Shown here piece after piece: positions 28,024 through 38,304 of a stretch of 64,000 bases of DNA. The notes under the pieces were generated by a model. That model had not been told where the DNA came from, ran no database searches, and worked only from the letters and a program-made list of their open reading frames with translations. The stretch lies in contig CALUVN010000001.1 in NCBI GenBank assembly GCA_944324235.1, positions 331-64,330 on the forward strand, written 5' to 3'. Origin of the DNA: Candidatus Gastranaerophilales bacterium (GTDB taxonomy: Bacteria > Cyanobacteriota > Vampirovibrionia > Gastranaerophilales > Gastranaerophilaceae). Each line of letters opens with the position of its first letter. Within the stretch, counting starts at the first letter, position 1. A program made the translations under genes and the position numbers.

Positions 28024-28539
28024 TTATACAGGATTGGAAATGTCTGCGTGTTCTAATTCAAGCAGCTTAATTTTACGTTGAAGTCCCCCCGCATATCCTG
28101 TTAAATTCCCGTCTACAGAAACAACCCTGTGGCATGGAATGATTATAGAAATAGGATTGTGTCCTACAGCTCCGCCGATTGCCTGCGCAGACATCGTTGA
28201 TTTATTAAGCTTTGCGGCAGTTTTCAATGCAAGCGCTTTGTATGTTGTTACTTTGCCATAAGGAATTTCGCACAACAAATCCCAGACGGTTTGACGAAAT
28301 TCATTTCCTGCTGGTGCTAGTTTTAACTCTTTTATATCCGGTCTTTCCCCTCTAAAATATCTGTCAAGCCAGTCTTTTGTCCGGTGAAAAATTTCAGGGG
28401 AGTCATTTTCCTGCATTTCTTCTTTTATGGAATCTGCGAAGTATTTTTGTCCGTCAAACCACAGACCGGCAAGTTTGTTATCTTTACACGCAAGAGTTAT
28501 TACGCCCATCTGAGATGTATATTTTGTTTTATAAAACAT
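28024..28539 (-). CDS. ogt: Methylated-DNA--protein-cysteine methyltransferase
   Basis: Active site IIIPCHRVV and a YGKVTTYKALA helix-turn-wing. Confidence 0.9.
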   Translation of the reverse strand: MFYKTKYTSQMGVITLACKDNKLAGLWFDGQKYFADSIKEEMQENDSPEIFHRTKDWLDRYFRGERPDIKELKLAPAGNEFRQTVWDLLCEIPYGKVTTYKALALKTAAKLNKSTMSAQAIGGAVGHNPISIIIPCHRVVSVDGNLTGYAGGLQRKIKLLELEHADISNPV

Positions 28540-28601
28540 ATTAAACCTCGGTGATTATTTATAAATTAAATATAAAACAAACAAAAAATTCTGCTGTTTG
28601 T

Positions 28602-29408
28602 CTATTTCAGTCCGGAAAAATTTGTCGTATATCTAACGTTGAATTTGTCAGCATTATCTTTCCAGAAATTATGGATGCTTCTGGCTGCAGTGCCGCTCTG
28701 GATAAATTCGTGCTCAAGAAGAGTTATTTGATTTACCAGATCAGCATTTTTCTGTAGATTTCTGCCGCGTTCTATAACTTTTTTGCCTGATAAAAGTTCG
28801 TTATTTATATTTGCATGTATCATTAAGCGGACTTTTTCTCTCAATTCTGCAGGGAAAAAGTCTGACCACATTTTTGTGTATTTTTCCAGCGCCGTAGAAG
28901 ATGCTCCAACACGTACTGTTAAATCAAAAAAGTTTTTTATACCCGAAGGCATCAGATTCCAGAAATTACTTTTGGGTTTTGTGGAAAGTATGGAATACTC
29001 GCCGCGTTTGTTATAGGCAATGATACTTCTCATCTGATGTCCGGACATTGTTAAAAAATCGCCAAGACTCAGCGGCATAGCTCCATCCGGATATAAATCA
29101 GGGTGGCCGTGTACAAAGTCGGCATTATTTGTCTTATTAATCAATTTAGATTTGGAAATATCAATGCTGTTAAAATTACCGTTAATCTCTCCCAGAATCC
29201 GGTTGCTTTTAACAAGAACTCCTTTTTCGTAAGGTATTTGTGCTTTTAAAGCCTGTATAACTCTGTTTTTGGCATAAGTATGTGCAGCAGTGGGAGTTTG
29301 AAATGTAATTGTATTATCGGGTCTTACCCAGCCTAATGATGCACTGTTGATTTTTTTTATATTTGAGGTGAAAATTTTTGGGGAAATAAGCGTATTTATC
29401 TTTAACAT
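28602..29408 (-). CDS. Orphan protein with possible JAB/MPN-like metal site
   Basis: 268 aa. N-terminus is MLKINTLISPKIFTSN. FVHGHPDLYPDGAMPLSLGDF resembles the HxH...S..D motif of JAMM/RadC-type domains, but with longer spacing. Confidence 0.35.
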   Translation of the reverse strand: MLKINTLISPKIFTSNIKKINSASLGWVRPDNTITFQTPTAAHTYAKNRVIQALKAQIPYEKGVLVKSNRILGEINGNFNSIDISKSKLINKTNNADFVHGHPDLYPDGAMPLSLGDFLTMSGHQMRSIIAYNKRGEYSILSTKPKSNFWNLMPSGIKNFFDLTVRVGASSTALEKYTKMWSDFFPAELREKVRLMIHANINNELLSGKKVIERGRNLQKNADLVNQITLLEHEFIQSGTAARSIHNFWKDNADKFNVRYTTNFSGLK

Positions 29409-29542
29409 TTTTGTTTAATCTACTCCTGCTACACGTATTTTAAAAAGTATGAATAATAAAATTTGTTATTTTACAGAGTATTCTTAATATAATTTAACAA
29501 ATAGCAGGATATAGGTTAATACAAGCAAAACTGAAATGAGGT

Positions 29543-31027
29543 CTAAATTTTTTGAGTAAATATTGCGTAGAAATCGTTGCATAGCATAAATACCATAAGC
29601 AATATTAAAAGCATAAAGAATGTGGAACTTATTTTTTCAATAATTTTTTCATCAAGCGGTTTGCCGTGAATTTTTTCTAAAATAAGAAACAATGCATGCC
29701 CGCCGTCAAGTGCAGGAATCGGTAAAAAGTTAAATATAGCAAGGTTCATGGAAATCATAGCCGTCAAAAGCAATCCGTAAAAGATACCCTGATTATCTAT
29801 GATATTCCCGCCGATTTTCGTTACAACAACGATGCTGTGCAGATATTTAAGCGGGATTTTGCCCGTAAATAACTGTTTCAGAGTAATCAGCATCCCGCTG
29901 GTTTCGTTATACAAATATTTGCAGCTTACCCCTATTGCTGAGAAAAATCCTTTAACAGGCATCATTTTTTCATCTGCAGTATATGAAATTCCGATAAGGC
30001 CTGACTCGTTCGGATAAATTGTGTTCAAATCAATTCTCTGCCCCATTCTTTCAACCGTAATATCCAGCGGATGGACATTATCCGAAAGAGCATAAGCAAT
30101 ATCCGTTAAAGAACTTTCGCCGTCTGCAAGCCAGTATTTATCATTTTTTATGGAGTCACGAATTTCTTTTTGTTTATCAGTGAGTTCAATTTGTTTGTCC
30201 TGATAAATAGCAACCCCGCGCAGAACATTGTTATCAAGATAAATTTTTTCTTCACTCTGCTGACTCGGAAGTTTAACCAGCGAATCTTTGAGTATAATTT
30301 CATTTTGTTCGTATGCGTGATTCAGGCGTTTAAGATTTTCGTAAACAGTTTCAAGCTGTCTTTCGGAAACTTTTCCGTCGTGCTTTGCGCTGTACATCGC
30401 GTAAAGTCTCAGTGCAAATCTTGATGTAATTTCGGAATTATTTATTTTAACAATTTTGTCCCCTTTTTGAGCTCCTGAATTTTCAGCAGAAGGTGAGACA
30501 GATTTTCTGTACAAATATTCGATTAATTCATCGCTGTCTTTAGCGAGTGATTTTGTAATAGGCAACAGAGGCTTGCCGTTATAGCTTAAATCAATTGTGC
30601 TGAAAGCTATATCTGATTTTTCAATAACTTTTTCGAACTTAACGTCATATTGATTTGACGGCAGCTGCCCCCATAAAAGTGCCGTAATCAAAACTATCAC
30701 AAATGCACATACAATGTTTGCGAGCACACCTGCTGAGATTACTATAAATCTTTGATAAATCGGCTTGTTCGCAAACCTGTCAGGTGAATCTGCAGGCAGA
30801 GAATTTTCAGGTTCATCATCAGGGAATGATACATATCCGCCAAGCAGGAACGCATGAATTCTTACCGTCAAATCTCCGAATTGTTTTTCCCACAGGGTTG
30901 GCCCGATTGGAAGCCCGAATCCGAAGGCCGAAACTTTCATTTTGAACATTTTTGCGGCAAAAAAGTGTCCTGCCTCATGTACGAGTACCAATACACTTAA
31001 TAACAGTATCATTATAATGATTGACAT
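29543..31027 (-). CDS. rseP: RIP site-2 metalloprotease RseP (M50)
   Basis: HEAGHFFAAK near the N-terminus, a PDZ-like middle region, and C-terminal NLAIFNFLPIPALDGG. Confidence 0.9.
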   Translation of the reverse strand: MSIIIMILLLSVLVLVHEAGHFFAAKMFKMKVSAFGFGLPIGPTLWEKQFGDLTVRIHAFLLGGYVSFPDDEPENSLPADSPDRFANKPIYQRFIVISAGVLANIVCAFVIVLITALLWGQLPSNQYDVKFEKVIEKSDIAFSTIDLSYNGKPLLPITKSLAKDSDELIEYLYRKSVSPSAENSGAQKGDKIVKINNSEITSRFALRLYAMYSAKHDGKVSERQLETVYENLKRLNHAYEQNEIILKDSLVKLPSQQSEEKIYLDNNVLRGVAIYQDKQIELTDKQKEIRDSIKNDKYWLADGESSLTDIAYALSDNVHPLDITVERMGQRIDLNTIYPNESGLIGISYTADEKMMPVKGFFSAIGVSCKYLYNETSGMLITLKQLFTGKIPLKYLHSIVVVTKIGGNIIDNQGIFYGLLLTAMISMNLAIFNFLPIPALDGGHALFLILEKIHGKPLDEKIIEKISSTFFMLLILLMVFMLCNDFYAIFTQKI

Positions 31028-31110
31028 ATATTCCCCTTTAAAAGTCTCTCTTTTAGTATTTTATCATAAATAAATATGTTTTAGCATTTTGCCCTGAAAT
31101 AATTTTACCG

Positions 31111-31701
31111 TCAGGATTGTTTTTCAAACCAGTTCAGCATAGGGCGGATTTCTCCGAATTCCAAATCGTCAATCCCTTTTGCGACTTTTTTAATCATATT
31201 GTTTAAATCCGGCGGGCACGGAAGAATTTCTCCGGTGTTGAAGGATTTGAATTTTTCCATATCAACGGTACTGTTTGAAGAATCATAGATTTCCGAATAA
31301 TTCAGCCCCTGTTTTCCGCATTCGGGAATAACAACGACCTTTTTTCCGTCAACAATATCAAAAGCGGCAAGCCCGAATACCCTGCATATAATCCCGCGTC
31401 TTTCATAAAGTGCACATTTTTTGTCTATAAGAAACGGACATTTGTGGAAGAATTTTCCCTCCTGCGGTTTCCGGTTTAATAAGTCTGCTATATTTTTCTT
31501 GATTACTCCCTGAATTTCAGCAGGCAGTTTTACAAATCCTGCCATTAAATATTCCATTTCCAGACGGGAAAAAGGATAATCACCTGTTTCACAGCAGTAT
31601 GTACAACCTTCTTTGCAATGAATAAACGGTTTCTGGTCTTCAAAGTATTTTTGCAAATATTTGTCTACAACCTCAAGGTATTTTTCGTACAGTTTCAGCA
31701 T
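31111..31701 (-). CDS. YkgJ-family Cys-cluster protein (paralog)
   Basis: CKEGCTYCC and HKCPFL...CALYERRGIICRVFG. It overlaps the upstream aldolase-like gene by 7 nt. Confidence 0.7.
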   Translation of the reverse strand: MLKLYEKYLEVVDKYLQKYFEDQKPFIHCKEGCTYCCETGDYPFSRLEMEYLMAGFVKLPAEIQGVIKKNIADLLNRKPQEGKFFHKCPFLIDKKCALYERRGIICRVFGLAAFDIVDGKKVVVIPECGKQGLNYSEIYDSSNSTVDMEKFKSFNTGEILPCPPDLNNMIKKVAKGIDDLEFGEIRPMLNWFEKQS

Positions 31702-32714
31702 GTTAAAACTCCCGAGGTTTTATTGTACAAATTTTCTATCAAATTTTTATCAAAACAGGTTTTGTTTTCTTCGGGAATTTCTTTCAAAATTTTATCAATT
31801 GTATCAAAAGATATATTTTTTTCGATTAAAAATGAGGCATAATTCGGATGGCAGAAGTTCTGCGCTGCAAGGTAATACGGTACACTGTAACCCCAGCTTT
31901 TTTTCTCGAAAAATCCGTTAATTATATTATGAAGAAGTGAGAGTACGGGGAGGATTTTATATCTGCTTTTCAGGTTTTCATTGAGATAATTAATCAAAAA
32001 TTCTGTTTTAATATTTCCGGCCCCTCTGCCCATTCCCAGAATACTGGAATCAATTATAATATTGCGGCCGGTTTTAAGTTTAATCAACTCAACAGCGTTA
32101 GCAAACGACAGCTGCAGATTATTGTGGGAGTGAAAACACAGCGTAATATTTTTATTCAAAATCCCGTCTGCCAGTTTGAATAATCCCAGAGCATCTTCAC
32201 AGCGCATAACCCCCATAGAATCCACTATTGAGAATGCGTAAGGATTTATTTCGTTTACTCTTGCTAAAACTCCGGTGAATTCATCTTTTGTATATTGATT
32301 TATAAATGTAGGATTAATAAAAATATTATATCCTTTTTCCTGAATTTTTTTTGCGGTAAGCAGCGCCTCTGTCAGGTTATTTTTTTTGAAAATTATGCGG
32401 AATCCGAAAATAGAATTTTCTGTTTTTTGGGGGAGTTTTTCACAGTCAAATTCACCGTAATCAATCATCGCAACTATTTTTTCCCGCGGCACATCCGGCG
32501 GAATTATTTCTGTCAGGTTCTCTAAAAATTCAAACAAACTTTTATCGCGGCAGTAGTTCGTATCCTGCATAAAACCGCATTCTATAAAATCTACGCCCGA
32601 CGACGAGAGCCCGCTGATAATTTTTTTAATATTATCATATCCGAACATCCATTCATTCACATATCCGCCGTCGCGCAGTGTACAATCAAGAATTTTTACA
32701 GACCTGTTTTCCAT
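31695..32714 (-). CDS. HMGL-like (pyruvate carboxyltransferase/DRE-TIM) aldolase-family protein
   Basis: The N-terminal VKILDCTLRDGGY motif, plus HSHNNLQLSFANA metal-ligand histidines. Confidence 0.7.
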   Translation of the reverse strand: MENRSVKILDCTLRDGGYVNEWMFGYDNIKKIISGLSSSGVDFIECGFMQDTNYCRDKSLFEFLENLTEIIPPDVPREKIVAMIDYGEFDCEKLPQKTENSIFGFRIIFKKNNLTEALLTAKKIQEKGYNIFINPTFINQYTKDEFTGVLARVNEINPYAFSIVDSMGVMRCEDALGLFKLADGILNKNITLCFHSHNNLQLSFANAVELIKLKTGRNIIIDSSILGMGRGAGNIKTEFLINYLNENLKSRYKILPVLSLLHNIINGFFEKKSWGYSVPYYLAAQNFCHPNYASFLIEKNISFDTIDKILKEIPEENKTCFDKNLIENLYNKTSGVLTC

Positions 32715-32778
32715 AGAAAAAATATAGCATAAAAAGGGCGTTCCATGATATAATCTCTAAAAACAGGAGAGTATAATC

Positions 32779-33582
32779 ATGGCAGGCATTTTAAGCATCC
32801 AGTATAAACAAATCGTAAATGATAAACAGGCTAATTTACTGAAAATTGCGGAAATATTAGAGCAAAATTCCGACAAAACGCTTGATTTGGTTGTCCTTCC
32901 CGAATTTTTTTCAACAGGCATCTGTGATGAAATGTATACTGATACTGAACCTTCCGATGGCGGTAAAACAGTTAAATTCATATCAGAACTCGCAAAAAAA
33001 TACAATACAAATATTATTGCAGGAACTGTAATTGAAAAAGACGATGATAAACTCTATAATACGATGTTTGTTCTCGACAGAAACGGTCAGGCTGCAGGTA
33101 AATACAGAAAAATTCACCTGTTCGGATATATGGGCGGGAATGAAGACAAAGCTCTGACAGCAGGTGATAAGGAAGTTGTAATTGATTTGGATTTTGCCCG
33201 TGTGGGTTTGAGTATATGTTTTGATATCCGCTACCCTCTTCACCACAGAAAACTCGCGCAGGCAGGTGCTGAAATTATTGTTTCGCCTTCGGCTTTCAGT
33301 TATCCTGCAAGTTTGAGCGATGAAGATAAATTTGCTTTTATTAATACATGGCGCTCTTTAAATGTAACACGTGCAACGGAAAATCTTGTTTATTTTGTCA
33401 CATCCAACCTTTTAGGCAAAAGTTACCCGTACCTTTATTCTATAGGTAATTCCATGATATCTGACCCGTGGGGACGAATTCTGGCTGACGCTAAGGAAGA
33501 TGAAACCTCCGTTTATGCTGATATATCTCTTATGGCAGGTAAAGAAATTCGTAAAATTTATCCTGCGTGTAATATTTCTTAA
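32779..33582 (+). CDS. Carbon-nitrogen hydrolase (nitrilase superfamily)
   Basis: E-K-C triad context: VVLPEFF, YRKIHLF, GLSICFDIRYP. Confidence 0.85.
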   Translation: MAGILSIQYKQIVNDKQANLLKIAEILEQNSDKTLDLVVLPEFFSTGICDEMYTDTEPSDGGKTVKFISELAKKYNTNIIAGTVIEKDDDKLYNTMFVLDRNGQAAGKYRKIHLFGYMGGNEDKALTAGDKEVVIDLDFARVGLSICFDIRYPLHHRKLAQAGAEIIVSPSAFSYPASLSDEDKFAFINTWRSLNVTRATENLVYFVTSNLLGKSYPYLYSIGNSMISDPWGRILADAKEDETSVYADISLMAGKEIRKIYPACNIS

Positions 33583-33642
33583 TAAATTTTAAAGTTTTCA
33601 TATATTTATACCGTAAATCTAAGTGTGAAAGGGTTTATGTAT

Positions 33643-34407
33643 ATGAGAATAAATGATTCAGATAAAGTTTCATTTAAACTGAATGACTCAACAAAGGTGG
33701 ATATCCCGACATTAAATTTTGATGAAACCGCAAAGCTGCCGGATTTTCTGAAAGGTACTCCAGCAGAATCAGATGTGATGATGGGTCTTGGTGTCGAAAA
33801 ACACGATACTACAGCTGCGGAAGTGAAGAAATTAAAAGAGATGTGGTCTCCAGTTGCCAAAGGAGTTTCCGATGATTTTTACAAAGAAATTGTAGAAATT
33901 GCCAAAAGAGTAAATTGTGACCCCGTATATTTATCAATAGTTTTATATCAGGAATCGAAATTTAACCCGCGGGCCAAAAACGGTTCATTTCGCGGAATAG
34001 GACAGATGTCTCACATCACGCTTACTGACAGTCTTCAAAATGTAAAAAGAAAAAATTTGGATATAGAAGTTAATACAAAAATGACCATCAATCGTTTTGC
34101 ACAACTTTCAAGAGAAAAGCAGCTTCCGTATATTGAAGCCTACATAGTGAATGCAAAACGCATTGCCGGAATCGGTGAAAAAGAAAAACTTGAACCAGGA
34201 CAATTATATGCCTTGTTTTTCACCCCCGGTAATGCAGATAAACCGGCGTTGGCTACAAAAAATAATCCTAAAACAGCAAAATTTTACAGGGCAAACAGAT
34301 ATTTTGACGGCAACAAAGACGGAAAAATTACAACCGCTGAGTTAAAAGATTTCCTTGACGAAAAGACAAAGATATGGGGAATTAAATTGCCGGATGAGAC
34401 TTCTTAG
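33643..34407 (+). CDS. SLT-type lytic transglycosylase domain protein with C-terminal EF-hand loop, no Sec signal
   Basis: LYQESKFNPRAKNGSFRGIGQMS matches the SLT ES...GLMQ pattern. DGNKDGKITTAE is a canonical 12-residue EF-hand loop. The likely start is ATG 33643 (MRINDSDKVSFKLND). Confidence 0.55.
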   Translation: MRINDSDKVSFKLNDSTKVDIPTLNFDETAKLPDFLKGTPAESDVMMGLGVEKHDTTAAEVKKLKEMWSPVAKGVSDDFYKEIVEIAKRVNCDPVYLSIVLYQESKFNPRAKNGSFRGIGQMSHITLTDSLQNVKRKNLDIEVNTKMTINRFAQLSREKQLPYIEAYIVNAKRIAGIGEKEKLEPGQLYALFFTPGNADKPALATKNNPKTAKFYRANRYFDGNKDGKITTAELKDFLDEKTKIWGIKLPDETS

Positions 34408-35299
34408 AACATTTACGGCAGTAAGCTTCAGGCTCGGCGTGGATAAAAACTGCGGTATTTCCCCCTAATTTTAGCGATACGGCTTCTTCAATTTCATCAC
34501 AAATTTTGTGACAGTCATGTATAGTCATTTCGTTTTGGAAAAATAAAGTAAGCTCAATATTTTTTTTAGAGCCTGCCCGACGGGATTTAAGACCTTTATA
34601 ACCTGTTATTTTTTTTGATTTTATAAAATTGTCCAATACATCTTCAATTACCTGCAGGTTTTCTTGTGGTAATGAGCCGTCAAGTAAATTGTTAAGAGCT
34701 TTTTTTGTAATATAAAAACCTGTACGCATAATAAAGGCTGCAACAAGAATTGCTATAACAGAATCTAAAATATGCAGTCCCGTAAATTTAATTAAAACCA
34801 AACCTGCCAGAACACCTGCAGAGGATAAAATATCCGTATTTAAATGTTCAGCATCCGCAAGAAGGGAGAGAGATTCTGATTTTTTAGCGACATAAAATAA
34901 ATATTTACTAACCAGAAAATTTGCCGCAACAGCGATGAGCATAACTACAATACCAATGACAGTATCAATTTCACCGGATTTATTCATATATAATTTTTCG
35001 GCAGCTTCGTAAATAATATAAACTGCAGCAAAAATTATCAAAAGCCCTTCCAAAAAACCTGACATATCTTCATATTTGCCGTGACCGTACGGATGGTCGC
35101 TGTCTGCAGGCTGTGCTGATTTCATGACGGAAAAAAATGTTAAGCAGGATGCCAGCAAATCGCTCATAGAGTGAATCGCTTCAGAAATAACGCTTATACT
35201 GCCGGAAATAAATCCTGCAATAAGTTTTAAAATTATTATTGAAGCATTTGAAAATATTGAAAGTCCTGCCGCGAATTTTTTTTCAGTTTCGATATTCAT
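34382..35299 (-). CDS. Cation diffusion facilitator (CDF) metal efflux transporter
   Basis: Six TM segments. HSMSDLLAS and HLNTDILSS are the metal-site motifs. There is a C-terminal cytoplasmic domain. Confidence 0.85.
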   Translation of the reverse strand: MNIETEKKFAAGLSIFSNASIIILKLIAGFISGSISVISEAIHSMSDLLASCLTFFSVMKSAQPADSDHPYGHGKYEDMSGFLEGLLIIFAAVYIIYEAAEKLYMNKSGEIDTVIGIVVMLIAVAANFLVSKYLFYVAKKSESLSLLADAEHLNTDILSSAGVLAGLVLIKFTGLHILDSVIAILVAAFIMRTGFYITKKALNNLLDGSLPQENLQVIEDVLDNFIKSKKITGYKGLKSRRAGSKKNIELTLFFQNEMTIHDCHKICDEIEEAVSLKLGGNTAVFIHAEPEAYCRKCSKKSHPAI

Positions 35300-35304
35300 T
35301 TATA

Positions 35305-35988
35305 CTACCTGCGTTTCATTTTTTTAAGAATTTCTTTTGTAGTGCTGTCAACCCTGTAGGATTCTATAATTTTCTGTATTGATTTATTATAAGTCCAATC
35401 CTGAAGTTTACAATTTTCTAAAAATTTATGGGTTTTTGCGGGAAACTTTATGTAACAAATAGAAACAGCCCAGGCAACTCCCATTTTTACATAATAACCT
35501 TCATGTCTGATATTTTCTAATAATCGTAATATTTCGTCAAGGTAATCTTCCTCTATAAAATATGACAGAATCATTACAACCCCGAAACGGATTTCGTATT
35601 CTTTATCGGATTTGAGGTAAGGTTGAAGAAAATTCCACACCTGTTTTTTGTTGTTTTTTGTAAACTTTAGACCGCCGCAAAATATATCACAGACAGCCCA
35701 GTTATCAATTTTAGGAACAAAGTTTTTTACATTTTCAAGAATTTTTTCAGGTTTATCTTTGCTTAAACCTATAAGCATTCCCTGAAGCATTGTCTCTTCC
35801 ATAAATTCTGTTGAATCAGAGTTTATAAAATCTTCACAGTTTGCGGTTTTATAAATTTCTTTAGCAATTTTTCTGAGAACGGGTATTCTTATTCCTAGAA
35901 TATTATCTGCATTAGGAATAAGTCCTGCAGAAAATTTTTGATACTTTTTGTCAGCAGCGGACAACAGTCGAGCTTTGATAGAATTCAT
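35305..35988 (-). CDS. DNA alkylation repair protein (AlkD-like HEAT repeats)
   Basis: KKYQKFSAGLIPN..ILGIRIPVLRKIAKE and WAVCDIF. Start moved to ATG 35988, preceded by GGAGGA. Confidence 0.75.
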   Translation of the reverse strand: MNSIKARLLSAADKKYQKFSAGLIPNADNILGIRIPVLRKIAKEIYKTANCEDFINSDSTEFMEETMLQGMLIGLSKDKPEKILENVKNFVPKIDNWAVCDIFCGGLKFTKNNKKQVWNFLQPYLKSDKEYEIRFGVVMILSYFIEEDYLDEILRLLENIRHEGYYVKMGVAWAVSICYIKFPAKTHKFLENCKLQDWTYNKSIQKIIESYRVDSTTKEILKKMKRR

Positions 35989-36105
35989 ATTTCCTCCGAC
36001 ATTATAAGGATAATATAATTTGGCCGTTGATGCAAACACATCATATTTGTATAAATAAAATTGGTATGTAAATAGTGATTAGCCTGCATAACGAAATTAA
36101 TACAA

Positions 36106-37491
36106 GTGCATATTATCCCAAATAGCAATGAAAAATTTTTGCGAATTGTCTATAACATAAGAATGACAAATCCTTGTGAAAAACTTTTAAAAGCTTTGGG
36201 TCAAAATCCTGAATTTAAACCTGATGAATGGACTGAAGAAAAAATGTTTCGCGGTTTAGGTTCTGCGCACAGAAAAAAATGGATAGGAAATATTCTGCCG
36301 TTTGAATTGCTTGAAAGGAGTGTCAAAGATGCAGTTAATTCCATTTTGACTTTATCTGAAGGTGAAATATTTTACAAAAAGTTTCCTGATAAAATAGAAA
36401 CTCCAAATTACGGTGACAGATGGGGCAGACTCGCAAACTATATTGAAATTAACAATAGGGCTGTTGCGGAAATGCACGGGGACAGGTGTACAAATGGTAT
36501 TTTAAGTATGATAAAGCTTCTTCCGGCAATCCCGCCTTCTGCGAACAGTTGGGCTAATTGTATTATAATATCGCAGATTTTCCCGAACATTTACGGTGAC
36601 GGTTACAACAAATCACCTGATGAAGAAAATTCTATTTACGGCTTAAAACTCAATTCCGGATACAGTGAAAACATTATTGATTATTCTGTTGCGGAGAAAA
36701 TTTCGCCGGAAGAGCAGCTTAAGGCATTTAACGATCTTGCTCATTTCAGAGGCTTAAAAACCGGTTTTCGAATGGTTATTTCTGCCGATCAGATGAAGGT
36801 TGTCCGCCCTTATGAAGAAGATGTTACATTCAACTGGTGTAATCCTGAACATCAGGAAATTTATATTAACGAATGCGTAAAGTTAATGAATTTAGGGTTT
36901 GAATCTATGTTTATAGATTCGGCAAAACATATAGGCGGCTATGATTGCGGGAATTATACCGGAGTCGGCGACCTTCCTGAATATCCGCAGATGCAGTACA
37001 TTCTATATGAAATTAGAAGAAGGTCGGGAAAAAGTAATTTGAGTTTTGTAGGAGAAAAAAGTTCTGATGATTTTGAACGTTACAGACTTATGGGGCTTAC
37101 TGCCGGAACAGATTTTATAACAGGCGATGATTTTTATGCGGTGCGAAGTCTTTCCGAAAAGTGTAAGTACATGCGGGATTATGCGCCCGGAGTACAGGTT
37201 GAAAATGATAATTATGAAGGCGGACTTTCTTATGAACAATTATTAAACAGGATTAATACAGTACTTTTCGGTTATTATCTTGCAAGTGATAAACTGCCGA
37301 GTTTTATGCAGACGCATGATTTATTCCCTTTAAGATATGATACAAATACTCATCACATAATGATGACAAATCCGTCCTATTCCACCGACGGTTCTCCGGA
37401 AAGCCATTGGGAAAACCTTTTCACTAAAGATGACGGAAAAAATTTCAACCTGCGCGTTGGTGAATTATTTGCGCACGCTCTTCAATTTTGA
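36106..37491 (+). CDS. Divergent alpha-amylase-family (GH13-like) TIM-barrel protein, paralog A
   Basis: ANYIEINNRA (cf. IYEI..R.F), GFESMFIDSAKH (region II GFRxDxxKH), FVGEKS (region III Glu) and FMQTHD (region IV). The real start may be ATG 36163 (MTNPCEKLL), where alignment with paralog B begins. Confidence 0.5.
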   Translation: MHIIPNSNEKFLRIVYNIRMTNPCEKLLKALGQNPEFKPDEWTEEKMFRGLGSAHRKKWIGNILPFELLERSVKDAVNSILTLSEGEIFYKKFPDKIETPNYGDRWGRLANYIEINNRAVAEMHGDRCTNGILSMIKLLPAIPPSANSWANCIIISQIFPNIYGDGYNKSPDEENSIYGLKLNSGYSENIIDYSVAEKISPEEQLKAFNDLAHFRGLKTGFRMVISADQMKVVRPYEEDVTFNWCNPEHQEIYINECVKLMNLGFESMFIDSAKHIGGYDCGNYTGVGDLPEYPQMQYILYEIRRRSGKSNLSFVGEKSSDDFERYRLMGLTAGTDFITGDDFYAVRSLSEKCKYMRDYAPGVQVENDNYEGGLSYEQLLNRINTVLFGYYLASDKLPSFMQTHDLFPLRYDTNTHHIMMTNPSYSTDGSPESHWENLFTKDDGKNFNLRVGELFAHALQF

Positions 37492-37556
37492 CAAATCTAT
37501 GTGACGATTCTGTTATTATTTTGCGGGTATAGAAAAATCATATTAACTTTTGCTGA

Positions 37557-38225
37557 TTATTTATCCAGATTTAAAACATTAATTAAGTCAATATTTGGAG
37601 ATGTTTTCAAATCTTTTACGGAAATTGCTGATTTATTTTGGAGATTTTTAATTTTTTCCCCCAGTTTTTCATCAGAAATAATCAGGTCGCCTGTTTGTTT
37701 TTCTTTGGAAAATCCCAGAGATTTATAGTAATTTGCAGATTTTTCTTTTAAATTTTGCGGCATAATCTGTGCGAAAAAATCACCTTTGTTCTTGATATCT
37801 TTTAAAGCCTGTAGTAAAAGCGCCTTACGCCCCATGCTCTGTGCGTCATCTTTGAACATATAAAGCGTATTGATATCTATATCGCCTTTTTCTCTGTAAT
37901 CAAGAATTCCTGCAATATTCTTTTTATCCTCAACGGCAACCAAAAGACCGTCATCATAGTGTCTGTTCGGACTAAGAATATTTTTTATCGCATCAAGAAC
38001 GGAGGCTTTTGCATTTTTACCGCCAATCATAAGTGAGTCTTGCGGCAGATGCTGACCTTTTAAAGCTTCTGCAAAACGGTTCAAAAACGCTTCATCTTTT
38101 TTATCAACGGAATATACATCTATTACTGATTTAACTCCGTTTTTGGCAGTTGATACTACACGGGATAAATTTCTTGCCTGAAAATTCGGCTGTGGGTTTG
38201 TGTTATTCACTTTTTGTAATTGCAT
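37557..38225 (-). CDS. Orphan protein with GNAT-like C-terminal half
   Basis: N-terminus is MQLQKVNNTNPQPNFQARN. C-terminal MGRKALLLQALKDIK...NYYKSLGF resembles the GNAT motifs A/B. Confidence 0.4.
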   Translation of the reverse strand: MQLQKVNNTNPQPNFQARNLSRVVSTAKNGVKSVIDVYSVDKKDEAFLNRFAEALKGQHLPQDSLMIGGKNAKASVLDAIKNILSPNRHYDDGLLVAVEDKKNIAGILDYREKGDIDINTLYMFKDDAQSMGRKALLLQALKDIKNKGDFFAQIMPQNLKEKSANYYKSLGFSKEKQTGDLIISDEKLGEKIKNLQNKSAISVKDLKTSPNIDLINVLNLDK

Positions 38226-38304
38226 TCTTATATCTTCCTTTTATTCTTCTTTCCAATTTGATAAAACATGAACAAAAAAAATATTGCTATGGTATGATAA
38301 TTAT

